From: an uncultured Actinomycetes bacterium
GTDB lineage: Bacteria > Actinomycetota > Thermoleophilia > UBA2241
Length of the DNA stretch: 64,000 bases
Direction of reading: 5' to 3'
NCBI GenBank assembly: GCA_963755025.1
Contig: CAVWIH010000034.1
Coordinates: 1 to 64,000 of the forward strand
Shown here: positions 10,047-20,182 of the stretch, piece by piece
Layout: each line of letters starts with the position of its first letter
Position numbering within the stretch: the stretch's first letter is position 1
The notes under the pieces: model-generated
Seen by the model: only the letters and a program-made list of their open reading frames with translations
What the model was told of the DNA's origin: nothing
Database searches by the model: none
Translations under genes and position numbers: made by a program

Positions 10047-11258
10047 ATGCACCGCTTCCCCCGCAGCTCCCCTCCACGCGCCGCGCGCCGCCTTGTGCGG
10101 TCGCTGCTCGTAGTCGCGGCGCTGCTCGCGCTGGCCGCGCTGGGGGCGGCGGGATGGCCGCGGCCGGCGGCCGCGGCCACGGCGCCGCCCCCGCCCACGG
10201 TGAGCGCCAAGGCCTTCGTCGTCATGGACCAGGACACCGGCGTGGTGCTCGCCGAAAAGAACCCCAACGAACGCCTGCCCATGGCCTCGACCACCAAGAT
10301 CATGACAGGGCTGCTGGTGCTCGAGCACTTCCATAACCTGGCCACGGTCATCAAGGCGCCGCGCGACGCCGTGGGCGTCGGCGAAGACGAGATCTACCTG
10401 GTCAAGGGCGAAAAGCTCACCGTCAACCAGCTCCTCGAGGCGCTGCTCATCCAGAGCGCCAACGACGCCGCCGCCGACCTCGCCGACGCCGTGGCCGGCA
10501 CCCAGGCGAAGTTCGTGGCCCTCATGAACGCCAAGGCCGTCGCGCTCGGCCTGACCAACACCCACTACGCCAACCCCCACGGCCTCACCGCGCCGGGCCA
10601 CTACACGAGCGCCCTCGACCTCACCCACCTGGCGCGCATCGCCATGCGCGACCCGCGGTTCGCCGGCTACGTCGACCACTACACGGCGACCATCCCCTGG
10701 GCGCATCACAGCTACCAGCGCGTGCTGGTGAGCCACAACGAGCTGCTCGAAGACTACCCCTGGGCCTACGGCGTGAAGACGGGCTGGACCGACCCCGCCG
10801 GCTACTGCATCGCGGCCGCCGGCAAGTGGCGCGGGCACCGTATCCTGGTCACCCTGCTGGGCGAGCCCGACGACGCCCAGAGGCTGACCGACGTCGTCAA
10901 GCTGTTCCACTGGTCGGCCAGCCAGTACGCGGTGCGCACGGTGTGGCCGACGGGCACCACGCTGGCCCAGGCCACCGTGCCGTGGCACGACGGCAAGCTC
11001 GACCTGGTGACGACGGCGCCCATCACCGCCTCGCTGCGCATCGGCGCGCGGGTCTCCAGCCACGTCGTCGCCCCCAGCCAGGTCGCGCTGCCGGTGACCC
11101 AGGGCGAGGCCCTGGGCCAGGCGCAGGCCTACGTCGACGGCCACAAGATCGGCGCCGTGCGCCTGGTGGCCGCCTCGTCGTTCGCGCGCGTCGGGCTGCT
11201 CGGCAAGATCACCCACCAGATCCACCACGCCTGGCACTGGCTCACGTCGCGCCTTTAG
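10047..11258 (+). CDS. dacA: D-alanyl-D-alanine carboxypeptidase (peptidase S11 with PBP5 C-terminal domain)
   Basis: Signal peptide; motifs PMASTTK (SxxK), QSANDAA (SxN), NPHGL and VKTG; amphipathic C-terminal helix. Confidence 0.9.
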   Translation: MHRFPRSSPPRAARRLVRSLLVVAALLALAALGAAGWPRPAAAATAPPPPTVSAKAFVVMDQDTGVVLAEKNPNERLPMASTTKIMTGLLVLEHFHNLATVIKAPRDAVGVGEDEIYLVKGEKLTVNQLLEALLIQSANDAAADLADAVAGTQAKFVALMNAKAVALGLTNTHYANPHGLTAPGHYTSALDLTHLARIAMRDPRFAGYVDHYTATIPWAHHSYQRVLVSHNELLEDYPWAYGVKTGWTDPAGYCIAAAGKWRGHRILVTLLGEPDDAQRLTDVVKLFHWSASQYAVRTVWPTGTTLAQATVPWHDGKLDLVTTAPITASLRIGARVSSHVVAPSQVALPVTQGEALGQAQAYVDGHKIGAVRLVAASSFARVGLLGKITHQIHHAWHWLTSRL

Positions 11259-11408
11259 CCGGCGCGCGACCCTGAGCAGGCCGGGCGTCCGACGGCAGCC
11301 CGCCGCCCGGGCGCTGCCTCACAACCGGCCGCCGCTCGCTCCACGCCACCGGTCTTGCGGCGCCCGGTTTGCGGCGTGTCGCGCGCCGGGGCGGGTACAC
11401 TGGACGAC

Positions 11409-12077
11409 ATGAGGATCTCGCGAAAGCTGCGCCTGCTGGCGGCGCTCGTGTTCTTTTTCTTCGTGCTCTACCCGAACCCGATGACGCTGGTGCGCAGCAT
11501 CGAGCACATCAGCCACCCCACCATCGACCCGGCCGCGGTCGCGCCGATCGCCCGCACGCTGCCCAACGACCCGCGGCTGATCGAGCAGGCCGTGCTCACC
11601 CGCATCGTGCCCTACGCCTACGACTGGCAGACGGCCGGGGTGCCCTGGTACTTTCCGACGACGCGCGAGGCGCTCGCCCAGAAGCGCGGCGACTGCGAGA
11701 GCCGCGCCGTCGTGCTGGCCAGCATCCTCGCCTACAAGCACATCCCCTACTCGCTGCACATGTCGTTCGACCACATCTGGGTCGACTACCCGGGCCACGT
11801 GGCGACGGCGCTCGAGAACCCCGGCGTGCAGATCGCGGTGCGCGAGCACGGCCACTTCGTCTTTCACTGGCCCAAGGACTTTCACCTGGGCGCCGAGGTC
11901 AACGCCCAGATCGCCAACTACTGGACGCCGATGCCGATGGGCCGCCGCGTGCTGCTGATCGCCGGCCTGCTGGCCATCGTGTTCGCCAACGTGATCGTAC
12001 GCGGGGCGCGGCGGCTGGCCGGGGTGACATATCATGGGACGTCGGCCGAGCGGCCGGCGACCACGGAGGGGGACTGA
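11409..12077 (+). CDS. Membrane-anchored transglutaminase-like (papain-fold) protein
   Basis: RGDCESRAVVLASIL and DHIWVD motifs; TM helices at both ends; TACACT 7 nt before the ATG. Confidence 0.6.
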   Translation: MRISRKLRLLAALVFFFFVLYPNPMTLVRSIEHISHPTIDPAAVAPIARTLPNDPRLIEQAVLTRIVPYAYDWQTAGVPWYFPTTREALAQKRGDCESRAVVLASILAYKHIPYSLHMSFDHIWVDYPGHVATALENPGVQIAVREHGHFVFHWPKDFHLGAEVNAQIANYWTPMPMGRRVLLIAGLLAIVFANVIVRGARRLAGVTYHGTSAERPATTEGD

Positions 12078-12081
12078 AGCG

Positions 12082-13141
12082 ATGACTGACGACACACGGC
12101 CGATCGACCTGCGCAGCGACACCGTCACGCGCCCGTCGCCCGAGATGCGGCGCGCCATGGCCGAAGCCGCGGTCGGCGACGACGTGCTGGGCGACGACCC
12201 GACCGTCATCGCCCTGCAGGACTACGCCGCCGAGCTCTTCGGCAAAGAGGCCGGGCTCTACATACCGTCGGGCACCATGAGCAACCAGGTCGCGCTGCAC
12301 GCCCAGACCACGCCCGGCGACGAGATCTTCCTGCACGCCAAGGCCCACATCGTCGAGAACGAGCAGGGCGGCGCGGCGGTGCTCTCGGGCCTGCAGACGC
12401 GCACCTTCGATTCGCCCGACGGCACGCTCGACCTCGAGCTCCTCGAGCACTACTTCCACATCGACGACGACGTGCACCACCCGCGCACTACCCTGGTGGC
12501 CGTCGAGAACACGCACAACTACTGCGGCGGCGTGGTGTACCCGCTCGACAAGGTCGCCGCGCTGCGCGAGTTCTGCGACCGCCACGAGATGGTCCTGCAC
12601 CTGGACGGCGCCCGCGTGTGCAACGCGGCGGTCGCCTCGGGCGTGGCGCCTGCGCGACATCGTGGCGCCCTACGACTCGGTGAGCGTCTGCCTGTCGAAG
12701 GGCCTCGGCGCGCCGGTCGGCTCGGTGCTGCTCGGCAGCGCGGCCATGATCGCCCGTGCGCAGCGCGCCCGCAAGCTCTTCGGCGGCGGCATGCGCCAGG
12801 CGGGCATCATCGCCGCCGGCGGCCTCTACGCCCTGCAGCACAACGTCGAGCGCCTGGCCGACGACCATCGCCGCGCGCGCGGCCTCGGCGAGCGCCTGGC
12901 GCGCGTTCCCGGCCTCACCATCGACCGCGGCAAGCTGCAGACCAACATGGTCTTCGCCGACACCCACGGCGTGGGCCTGCCGGCCGCGCGAGTGGTCGAA
13001 CTGCTCGACGCCCGGGGCGTGCTGGCCCTGGACGAGGCGCCGTGGTCGGTGCGCTTCGTCACCCACCTCGACGTCGACGACGAAGCGGTCGAGCGCGCCG
13101 GCGAGATCGTGGCGAGCGTCATCGAGAAGGTCGTCGCCTAG
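12082..13141 (+). CDS. ltaE: Low-specificity L-threonine aldolase (frameshift ~12650)
   Basis: [17 protein letters not shown] and LHLDGAR in one frame; [12 protein letters not shown] and GGGMRQAG in the next. Confidence 0.9.
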
Positions 13142-13189
13142 AGCCCCACTCCGAGGGTCGCGACTCGTGGCGCGGTGCGGCGCAGGTCC

Positions 13190-14209
13190 TCAGCTCGCCT
13201 TGCGGCGCACCCACCACACGGTCGCGCCGGCCAACACCAGGCTGAGCGCCACCAGGCCTGACGCCTCGATGGCCTGGAACGCCCAGAAGCGGCTCGCCGG
13301 CTGGAAGGTCTCCCACAGCACGTAGTGGTGCGCGGCGAGCCACGACTGCGGGTCGCCCGTCGGCAGGCTGCGCACCAGGGCGTTGTAGGCGGCGCCGCTC
13401 AGGCGATGGCCGCGAGGGTCGACCCACCACTGGCTCAAGGTCCACTCGGTCGAGAACTTCGACGTCGTGTCGACCTGCGCAGTCAGCGGCGCTTCGAAAT
13501 GCGGGCGCAGGAAGAGTGCCGTCGGAAGGACTACGGCAAACCACAGCACCATCGCCACGGCGATCGCCGGGACGGTGCGACGCAACACGGCTCCCGCGAA
13601 GGCGCCCAGCGCGAAGCCGAGGAGCACGCGGGCCGCAAAGACGACGCCTTCGACCTCGGGAAGCGGGCCGATGAGCTGGCGGAAGGGCCGATACCACCAG
13701 GAGAAGAGCGCGCTGAAGGCCAGCGCCATGGCCGTTAGAGCAAGGCCGAGGATGGCGAGCTTGGCGATCGTCAGGCGCGTACGCCCGGCCGACTGGGTCC
13801 AGGCAAAGCGGAAGGTACCGTTCTCGAGCTCGCGGGCGATGAGCGGCCCGCCGAGAAACGTGCCGACGAAGAGCGGCAGGAACATGAGAAAGCGCGGCAC
13901 GTACATGCCGTAGCGCAGGTACTCGCTCTCGAAGGTCTCGGCCAGCGAGACCGCGCGAGCGGTGGTGGGCGGGTGGCTGAAGCTCAAGCCGAAGCTGCTG
14001 TAGACGTGGTGCATGCCCACGCCTTGGGCCACGAGTGCCGCTGCGAACGCGCCGAGGAGCATGGCGACGGCGATCAGGGCCAGGCGATGCTGCCGCCAGG
14101 TCACGCTCGCGAGGGCGGCAACGCCGACTCCTGAGCGCGCCGGGACGCCGGGACGGCCGGTAGCGCCGGAGCGGCCCTCGGCGCCGTGGTCGATGGTCGC
14201 CAGGCTCAC
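13190..14209 (-). CDS. ABC transporter permease
   Basis: GGPLIARELENGTFRFAWTQS motif, several TMs, FQPASRFWAFQAIE. GTGA overlap with the ATPase stop. Confidence 0.85.
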   Translation of the reverse strand: MSLATIDHGAEGRSGATGRPGVPARSGVGVAALASVTWRQHRLALIAVAMLLGAFAAALVAQGVGMHHVYSSFGLSFSHPPTTARAVSLAETFESEYLRYGMYVPRFLMFLPLFVGTFLGGPLIARELENGTFRFAWTQSAGRTRLTIAKLAILGLALTAMALAFSALFSWWYRPFRQLIGPLPEVEGVVFAARVLLGFALGAFAGAVLRRTVPAIAVAMVLWFAVVLPTALFLRPHFEAPLTAQVDTTSKFSTEWTLSQWWVDPRGHRLSGAAYNALVRSLPTGDPQSWLAAHHYVLWETFQPASRFWAFQAIEASGLVALSLVLAGATVWWVRRKAS

Positions 14210-15123
14210 AGCGCCACCTCGTTCCAGGGGTCGTCGCCGAGCGCGACCGGTCCCGGCAGGGCGCGGGCGCCGGGCTCGCGCAGGTAGGCCAGGACGAGCT
14301 CTTCGAGCCCGACGGGCTGCTCGACCCAACCGTGCGGCGGGTCGGGCAGGCGCCCGGCGACGCGCACCAGCACCTGTGCCTGGCGTTCGGCCACGCGTTC
14401 GCGCACCACCGGGTAACGGTCCTCGACCGCCTGCGTCGCGGCGGCCGGCCCGATGAGCAGCCGGTGGCCGGCGACGAGGTCGTCGACCTCGCCGGCCACC
14501 TGCACCTCACCGGCCGTCAGCACGATCAGGTAGTCGCAGACGCGTTCGAGCTCGGACACCACGTGCGACGAGAAGACGACCGACAGGCCGTCCTCGGCCA
14601 CCGCGGCCATGAGGGCCGCCATGAACTCGTGACGGGCCAGCGGGTCGAGCCGCGCCACCGGTTCGTCGAGCACCATCAGGTCGGGCCGTTTGGCGAGCGC
14701 AGCGACCAGCGCGACCTGGGCGTGCTGGCCGCCCGACAGCTTGCCGACCTTGCGGCCGAGGGGAATATCGAGCTCGGCCATGCGCCGTCGCGCCCAGACG
14801 TCGTCCCAGCGTCGGTTGAGGTCGCGGGCGAGACGCAGCGTGTCGTCGACCGTGAGGCCGGGGTAGAGCGCCGCGTCCTGCGCCACGAACCCGACGCGCT
14901 CCAGGGCGGCCGGCGACCCGGCAGGCAGGCCGTCGAGCACGGCGACGCGGCCCGCTGTGGGGGAGACCAGGCCGACCGCGAGGTGCAACAGGGTCGTCTT
15001 GCCGGCGCCGTTAGGGCCGACCAGCGCGACGACGTGGCCGGCGGGCACAGCCAGGCCACAGTCGCGCAGCGCCCACGTGCGCCCGTAGCGTTTGCCGACG
15101 CCTGTGGCGACGATCGCGTTCAC
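14206..15123 (-). CDS. ABC transporter ATP-binding protein
   Basis: Walker A GPNGAGKTT, signature LSGGQ, Walker B MVLDEP, H-loop SSH. Confidence 0.92.
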   Translation of the reverse strand: MNAIVATGVGKRYGRTWALRDCGLAVPAGHVVALVGPNGAGKTTLLHLAVGLVSPTAGRVAVLDGLPAGSPAALERVGFVAQDAALYPGLTVDDTLRLARDLNRRWDDVWARRRMAELDIPLGRKVGKLSGGQHAQVALVAALAKRPDLMVLDEPVARLDPLARHEFMAALMAAVAEDGLSVVFSSHVVSELERVCDYLIVLTAGEVQVAGEVDDLVAGHRLLIGPAAATQAVEDRYPVVRERVAERQAQVLVRVAGRLPDPPHGWVEQPVGLEELVLAYLREPGARALPGPVALGDDPWNEVAL

Positions 15124-15530
15124 GACACGGCGAGGCGCTCGTCGGCGTCGCGCACCTCGGTCAGCGCGCTCGAGAACAGCGCGACGATGTCGTCGTCGTC
15201 AAGGCCCGCCTGGCGCGCTTCGACGATCCAGGCCAGCACGAGGCGGCGCAACGCGGCGAACCCGTCGGGCGGCAGGCTGCCGAGCGTGCCCTCGATGAAG
15301 GTGCCGAGCCCCGGCCGGCCCGCCGCCAGGCCGCGGTGCTCGAGCTCGCGATAGGCCTTGAGCACGGTGTTGGGGTTGATGGCGAGGCCCGCGACCACGT
15401 CTTTGACGCGCGGCAGCTGGTCACCGGCTTTGAGGTGGCCCAGGCGCAGCGCCTGTTCGACCTGCTGCACGAGCTGCAGGTAGGTCGGTACGCCCGACGC
15501 GGGGTCCAGACGGAACTCGATCGCTGACAC
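15120..15530 (-). CDS. GntR-family regulator, YtrA subfamily
   Basis: PTYLQLVQQV...GDQLPRVKD...INPNTVLKAYRELE; short C-terminal domain; heads an ABC operon. Confidence 0.9.
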   Translation of the reverse strand: MSAIEFRLDPASGVPTYLQLVQQVEQALRLGHLKAGDQLPRVKDVVAGLAINPNTVLKAYRELEHRGLAAGRPGLGTFIEGTLGSLPPDGFAALRRLVLAWIVEARQAGLDDDDIVALFSSALTEVRDADERLAVS

Positions 15531-15547
15531 AGGGAGCCTCCTCGCTG

Positions 15548-15587
15548 CTTTACTGCTTTATCTACCATAATAGGTAAAAGAGTAAAG
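15548..15587. promoter_or_regulatory. Long AT-rich inverted repeat, putative YtrA-type operator/promoter
   Basis: ctttact-gc-tttatcta-ccataa-taggtaaa-ag-agtaaag directly upstream of the GntR RBS. Confidence 0.65.
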
Positions 15588-15650
15588 AACGAAACGTCGC
15601 GGGTCCAGCGATGTTGAACAGCAAGACGAAAGGGGGCGCAGAGGCGAACG

Positions 15651-15696
15651 GGGCGGGGGTGAGGCCGGCAATGCCGGCCTCACCCCGCCCCGTTTG
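15651..15696. terminator. Strong hairpin downstream of the Fe-ADH gene
   Basis: ggggcggggtgaggccggca-a-tgccggcctcaccccgcccc. Confidence 0.7.
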
Positions 15697-15719
15697 GCGG
15701 ATGGCGTTTGGCGAACGTG

Positions 15720-16951
15720 TTACTTGACGGCCTTCGCCTTGGGCTTGGGGGCCGTCTTTTTGCCGTTGCTCGCGGGCTGCGAGCCGGGGCGCACGGCGCC
15801 GTTCTTATAGATCTGGATGATGTCGTCGCGGGTGAGGCGGCGCGGGTTGTTGACCAGCAGGCGAGCCTGGGTCATGGCGCCGTCGGCGAGCTCTTCGATG
15901 GCCGACTCGGGAATGCCGACGTCGGACAGGTACTGCGGCACCTGGATGTCGATGGCGAGCTGCTTCATGGCCTGTACGGCGGCCGAGGCGGCTTCGCGCG
16001 TGGAGAGGCCGCTGATGTTCTCGCCCATGGCCACGGCGATCTCGGCGAAGTAGTCGAGGCAGGCCAGCATGTTGAACTCCATGACCCACGGCAGCATGAG
16101 CGTGTTGGCCACGCCGTGCGGCACGTGGAAGCTGCCGCCGATCGGGTACGACAGGGCGTGCACGGCGGTCACGCCGGCGTTGCCGAACGAGATGCCGCCC
16201 ATCATCGAGCCGATCGCCATGCCGGCGCGCGCCTCGACGTTGTTGCCGTCGAAGACGGCCGTGCGGATGCTCTTGGAGATCAGCTCGATGCCCTCGCGGG
16301 CGAGCGGGTCGGTGTGCATGGTGGCGTTGACCGAGGTGTAGGCCTCGACGCAGTGGATGAAGGCGTCCATGCCCGAGGCGGCCGTGACGTGCGCCGGGCA
16401 GCTCAGGGTGAGCATGGGGTCGACCAGGGCGATGTTGGGGATGAGAAAGCCCGACACGATGCCCTGCTTGACGTTCAGCTTTTCGTTGGCGAAGACGGCG
16501 ATCGCCGTGACTTCGGAACCGGTGCCGGCCGTGGTCGGGATGGCCACCAGGGGCAGGCCCTTGGCGGGCACCTGGTCGACGCCGACCATGGTCTCGACCG
16601 AGTCGTCTTTGTCCACCAGGACGGCGGTGATCTTGGCTACGTCGATGGCCGAGCCGCCGCCGAAGCCGATGATGCAGTCGTAGCCGCCCTGCTCGCAGAA
16701 CCTGACGCCCTCTTCGAGGCTGCTGAGCGGCGGTTCGGGCACGCACTTGCTGTACACGCCGACCTCGATGCCGGCGTCGATGAGGGGCCGCTCGACGGTC
16801 TCGACCATGCCGCTCTGGCCACGCCGGGGTCGGTCATGATGAGGGCCTTGCGGGCGCGCAGCTTGGAGACCTCGGCGCCGACCTGCGAGACCGAATCGAC
16901 GCCGGTGATCAGCGTCTTCGGCGAACGGTGCACCCGGATCTTCATGTCCAT
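15720..16951 (-). CDS. Iron-containing alcohol dehydrogenase, putative 4-hydroxybutyrate dehydrogenase (frameshift ~16815)
   Basis: GFGGGSAIDVAK, PTTAGTGSE, GMDAFIHCVE and VHALSYPIGGSFHVPHG. The N-terminus lies in ORF 16637..16951 with a GAAGGAG RBS. Specificity is inferred from the operon. Confidence 0.85.
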
Positions 16952-17044
16952 GACGTCTCTCCTTCGGTATGTGAGCTTGGATCTACACGCCGTGCCGTGC
17001 TTGGGCGGGGCGTCGATCTGACGGTGCTACCGGGCGGCTGCCGG

Positions 17045-18378
17045 TCAGGCCTCGCGCAGCGCTGCGTGGCGACGGTGCAGCCAGGCCTCTCCCTTGAGGT
17101 CCTTGAGGTCGTCGATGATCTGGTCGCGGAACCGGGGGTCGGCGATGTCGAGCAGCGCGAAGGCGCGCTCGCGCAGGCTGCGGCCCTTGAGCTTGGCGAT
17201 GCCGAACTCGGTGATGACGTAGTCGACGTCGGCGCGCATGGTGGTGATCGCCGCGCCGTCGGAGATCTGCGCGGCGATGCGCGAGACCTCGCCGCGCTTG
17301 GCCGTCGCCGGCAGGGCGATGATCGACTTGCCGCCCTTGCTGCGCGCCGCGCCCCGCACGAAGTCGACCTGGCCGCCGATGCCCGAGAACTGCACGGGGC
17401 CCATGGAGTCGGCCACGACCTGGCCCATGAGGTCGACCTGGATGGCCGAGTTGATGGCCACCACGTCGTCGTTCTCGCCGATGATGTAGGGGTCGTTGAC
17501 GTAGCTCACCGGGAACATGTTGACGGCGGGGTTGTCGTCGACGAAGTCGTACAGGCGGCGCGTGCCCATGAGGAAGCTCGCTACCATCTTGTCGGTGTGC
17601 AGGCGCTTGCGGGCGTTGGTGATGACGCCCTCTTCGTAGAGGTCGACCACGCCCTCGCTGAACATCTCGGTGTGAATGCCGAGGTCGTGCTTTTCGTGCA
17701 GGAACAGCAGCACGGCGTCGGGGATGCCGCCGATGCCGAGCTGCAGGCAGGAGCCGTCGTCGACGAGGCTGGCGATGTGCTTGCCGATGGCCTCTTCGAC
17801 CGGGCCGATCTTGGGCGGCTGCAGCTCGACGACGGGGCCGTGCTCTCGACCACGATGTCGAGGTCGCTCACGTGGATGAACGAGTCGCCGTGGGTGCGCG
17901 GCATGTTGGGGTTGACCAGGGCGACGACGGTCTTGGCGACCGTGCAGGCCGGCTTGGTGTAGTCGACCGAGATGCCGAACGAACAGAAGCCGTGGCGGTC
18001 GGGCGGCGAGACCTGGCAGAGCACCACGTCGGGTGGCAGGTAGCCGTCGGTGAACAGCGCCGGGATGTCGCTGAAGAAGACCGGTGTGTAGTCGCCGCGC
18101 CCCATGGCCACGGCGTCGCGCGTGGCGCCGCCCACGAACAGCGAGTTGTGGTAGAAGCTCTCGGAGTACTCGGGTTTGGCGTACTCGCCCTTGCCCATCG
18201 CCACCATGTGGACGATCTCGACGTCGCGCAGCTCGGGGGCGCGCGCCACGAGGGCGTCGACCAGCTCCTGCGGCTCGCCGCACGCGTGGGCAAAGACCAC
18301 CCGATCGCCCGAGCGCACGACCTTGAGCGCTTCGCTCGCGGTCGTCACCTTCTTGGCGTAGTCGGCCTTCCAGTCCAT
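17045..18378 (-). CDS. 4-hydroxybutyrate CoA-transferase (acetyl-CoA hydrolase/transferase family; frameshift ~17840)
   Basis: MDWKADYAKKVTTASEAL; LQLGIGGIPDAV; DLGIHTEM (catalytic Glu); SGIGGQVDFVRGA. Confidence 0.88.
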
Positions 18379-18383
18379 GTCGG

Positions 18384-18650
18384 TCACTCCTTGGGAGTAG
18401 AGAGCTTGCGCCTGACGGCAGCCACGATGTCGGCGGGCTCGACGAGCCCGCCGTCTAGGGTGCGGCCCGCGACGATCACGACGTCGGGCCGCTCTGAGAC
18501 GAGCAGCTGCTCGGTCGCGCACGAGCGCGAGCAGCCCGAGATGTCGATCTCGACGTCGAGGTCGACGAGCTCGGGGTCGGCGCGCAGCTCGTCGGCCAGC
18601 GCGACCCGGTCGATCACCGGGTTGCAACCTCCGCAGAACACGATCCGCAC
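18384..18650 (-). CDS. Small Cys-rich protein (CGGCNP...GCxxxC), putative metal/Fe-S binding
   Basis: MRIVFCGGCNPVIDR...ISGCSRSCAT; sits between abfD and the CoA transferase and carries the transferase RBS at its 3' end. Confidence 0.7.
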   Translation of the reverse strand: MRIVFCGGCNPVIDRVALADELRADPELVDLDVEIDISGCSRSCATEQLLVSERPDVVIVAGRTLDGGLVEPADIVAAVRRKLSTPKE

Positions 18651-18682
18651 CGCCGCCGCCTAGAGCTGTGAGCGGCGGCCGC

Positions 18683-20182
18683 TCACTTCACCGTGGTGGG
18701 CGTGCGCAGCTTGGCCTTCTGGGCGTCGACGGGCGTGCCCACACCGGCCAGCTCGCGGGCGAGCTGCTTTTTGTGCTCGAGGTTGGACTGGCGGGCGATC
18801 ATGATGCGCTGCGCCTGCGGCGAGCCGGCGCCGTGCATGGACTCGGTGCGGTAGCCGACGGCGGCGGAGCCCAGCGTGAGGTTCTCGACGAGACGCAGGA
18901 CGCGCATGCGGTCGACGGTCGGCGAGCCGCACTGGGCGCGCAGCAGCTTCTCGACCCAGGGGCCGGTCTTCTCGGAGAAGAGGTCCTGGGCGGAAGGCAT
19001 GGTGACCATGAGGCCGCCGGCGATGTCTTCGGCGAGGCGCGCGATCTCGTAGGGGAAGCGGGTCACGTTCTGCTTGCAGACGTTGGCCAGCAGCATGTCG
19101 ATCTGGTAGTTGCCCGACGGCAGCTTGGTGCCCTCGGCCGAGCAGGCGATGCCGCACGAGTACAGGGTCTCGTTCAGGTGCGTCATCTCGATCAGCTTGT
19201 CTTTGATGTGGCTCACCTTGGGCACGCCGTTCATGTCGGCGGCCAGCGCGGCGGCGCCGATCAGCACGTCGCCCACGCCGACCTTGCAGCCGCCGTAGCT
19301 CTGGCGGTGGAAGCCCGCGAAGCGCTCGACCAGGGCGCCCGAGAACTCGACCTCGCCGGCCATGAAGACGCGCTCCCAGGGCACGAACACGTTGTCGAAG
19401 ATCATGAGGGCTTCCTGGCCGCCGAACTGCGGGTTGCCCACGTCGAGCTCGTTCTGCTCGAGCTTGCGGGTGTCGGAAGCCTGGCGACCGTACACGTAGA
19501 AGATGCCGGGCGCGTTGGACGGCGTGGTGAAGCAGACGGCGTAGTCTTCGTCGCCCTCGCGCATGGCGACCGTGGGCATGACGATGATCTCGTGCGAGTT
19601 GCAGGCGCCGGTCTGGTGGGCCTTGGCGCCGCGCACCACGATGCCGTCGTCGCGACGCTCGACGATGTGCAGGTAGAGGTCGGGGTCGGCCTGCTGGTGG
19701 GGCGCCAGGGAGCGGTCGCCCTTGACGTCGGTCATGGCGCCGTCGGCCACGATGTCGTCGTCCTGCATGTGCTGCACGTAGGCGCGGAAGCGCTCGTGGT
19801 AGTCGGTACCGTTGGCCTGGTCCATCTCCCAGGTGACGGACCAGAGGGAGTTGATGGCGTCCATGCCGACGCAGCGCTGGAAGCACGAGCCGGTCTTCTG
19901 GCCCAGCAGGCGCTGCATCTTGACCTTCTTGATGAGGTCGTCGACGCCCTGGTGGATGTGGGCGAAGCGGTTGACCTTGTTGCCGGTGAGGTGGCTGGTG
20001 GCGGTCATCAGGTCGGCGTACTCAGGCTTGGCCGCCAGCTCGTAGGTCATGGCGACGCAGTTGAGCGAGGGCCTGATCATGGGGTGATTGACGTAGTCGT
20101 CGACCTTCTCGCCGAACAGGTAGATCTCAAGGTGCAGGTCGGCGATGCTCTGGATGTAGTCGTCTTTGCTGCGTAAGGCCAT
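18683..20182 (-). CDS. abfD: 4-hydroxybutyryl-CoA dehydratase/vinylacetyl-CoA isomerase
   Basis: TGSCFQRCVGMDA and HRQSYGGCK (Cys/His [4Fe-4S] ligands), GAMTDVKGDRS, TESMHGAGSPQAQR; GGAAGGAG RBS. Confidence 0.93.
   Translation of the reverse strand: MALRSKDDYIQSIADLHLEIYLFGEKVDDYVNHPMIRPSLNCVAMTYELAAKPEYADLMTATSHLTGNKVNRFAHIHQGVDDLIKKVKMQRLLGQKTGSCFQRCVGMDAINSLWSVTWEMDQANGTDYHERFRAYVQHMQDDDIVADGAMTDVKGDRSLAPHQQADPDLYLHIVERRDDGIVVRGAKAHQTGACNSHEIIVMPTVAMREGDEDYAVCFTTPSNAPGIFYVYGRQASDTRKLEQNELDVGNPQFGGQEALMIFDNVFVPWERVFMAGEVEFSGALVERFAGFHRQSYGGCKVGVGDVLIGAAALAADMNGVPKVSHIKDKLIEMTHLNETLYSCGIACSAEGTKLPSGNYQIDMLLANVCKQNVTRFPYEIARLAEDIAGGLMVTMPSAQDLFSEKTGPWVEKLLRAQCGSPTVDRMRVLRLVENLTLGSAAVGYRTESMHGAGSPQAQRIMIARQSNLEHKKQLARELAGVGTPVDAQKAKLRTPTTVK

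Noticed and set aside
12640-17850. Programmed frameshifting in ltaE, the Fe-ADH or the CoA transferase
   Set aside because: No slippery heptamer or stimulatory structure; same pattern as the other probable sequencing indels.
18683-20182. abfD as a marker of autotrophic 3HP/4HB or DC/4HB carbon fixation
   Set aside because: The context is a CoA transferase plus Fe-ADH (fermentative type). No carboxylases or 4HB-CoA ligase occur in the window.
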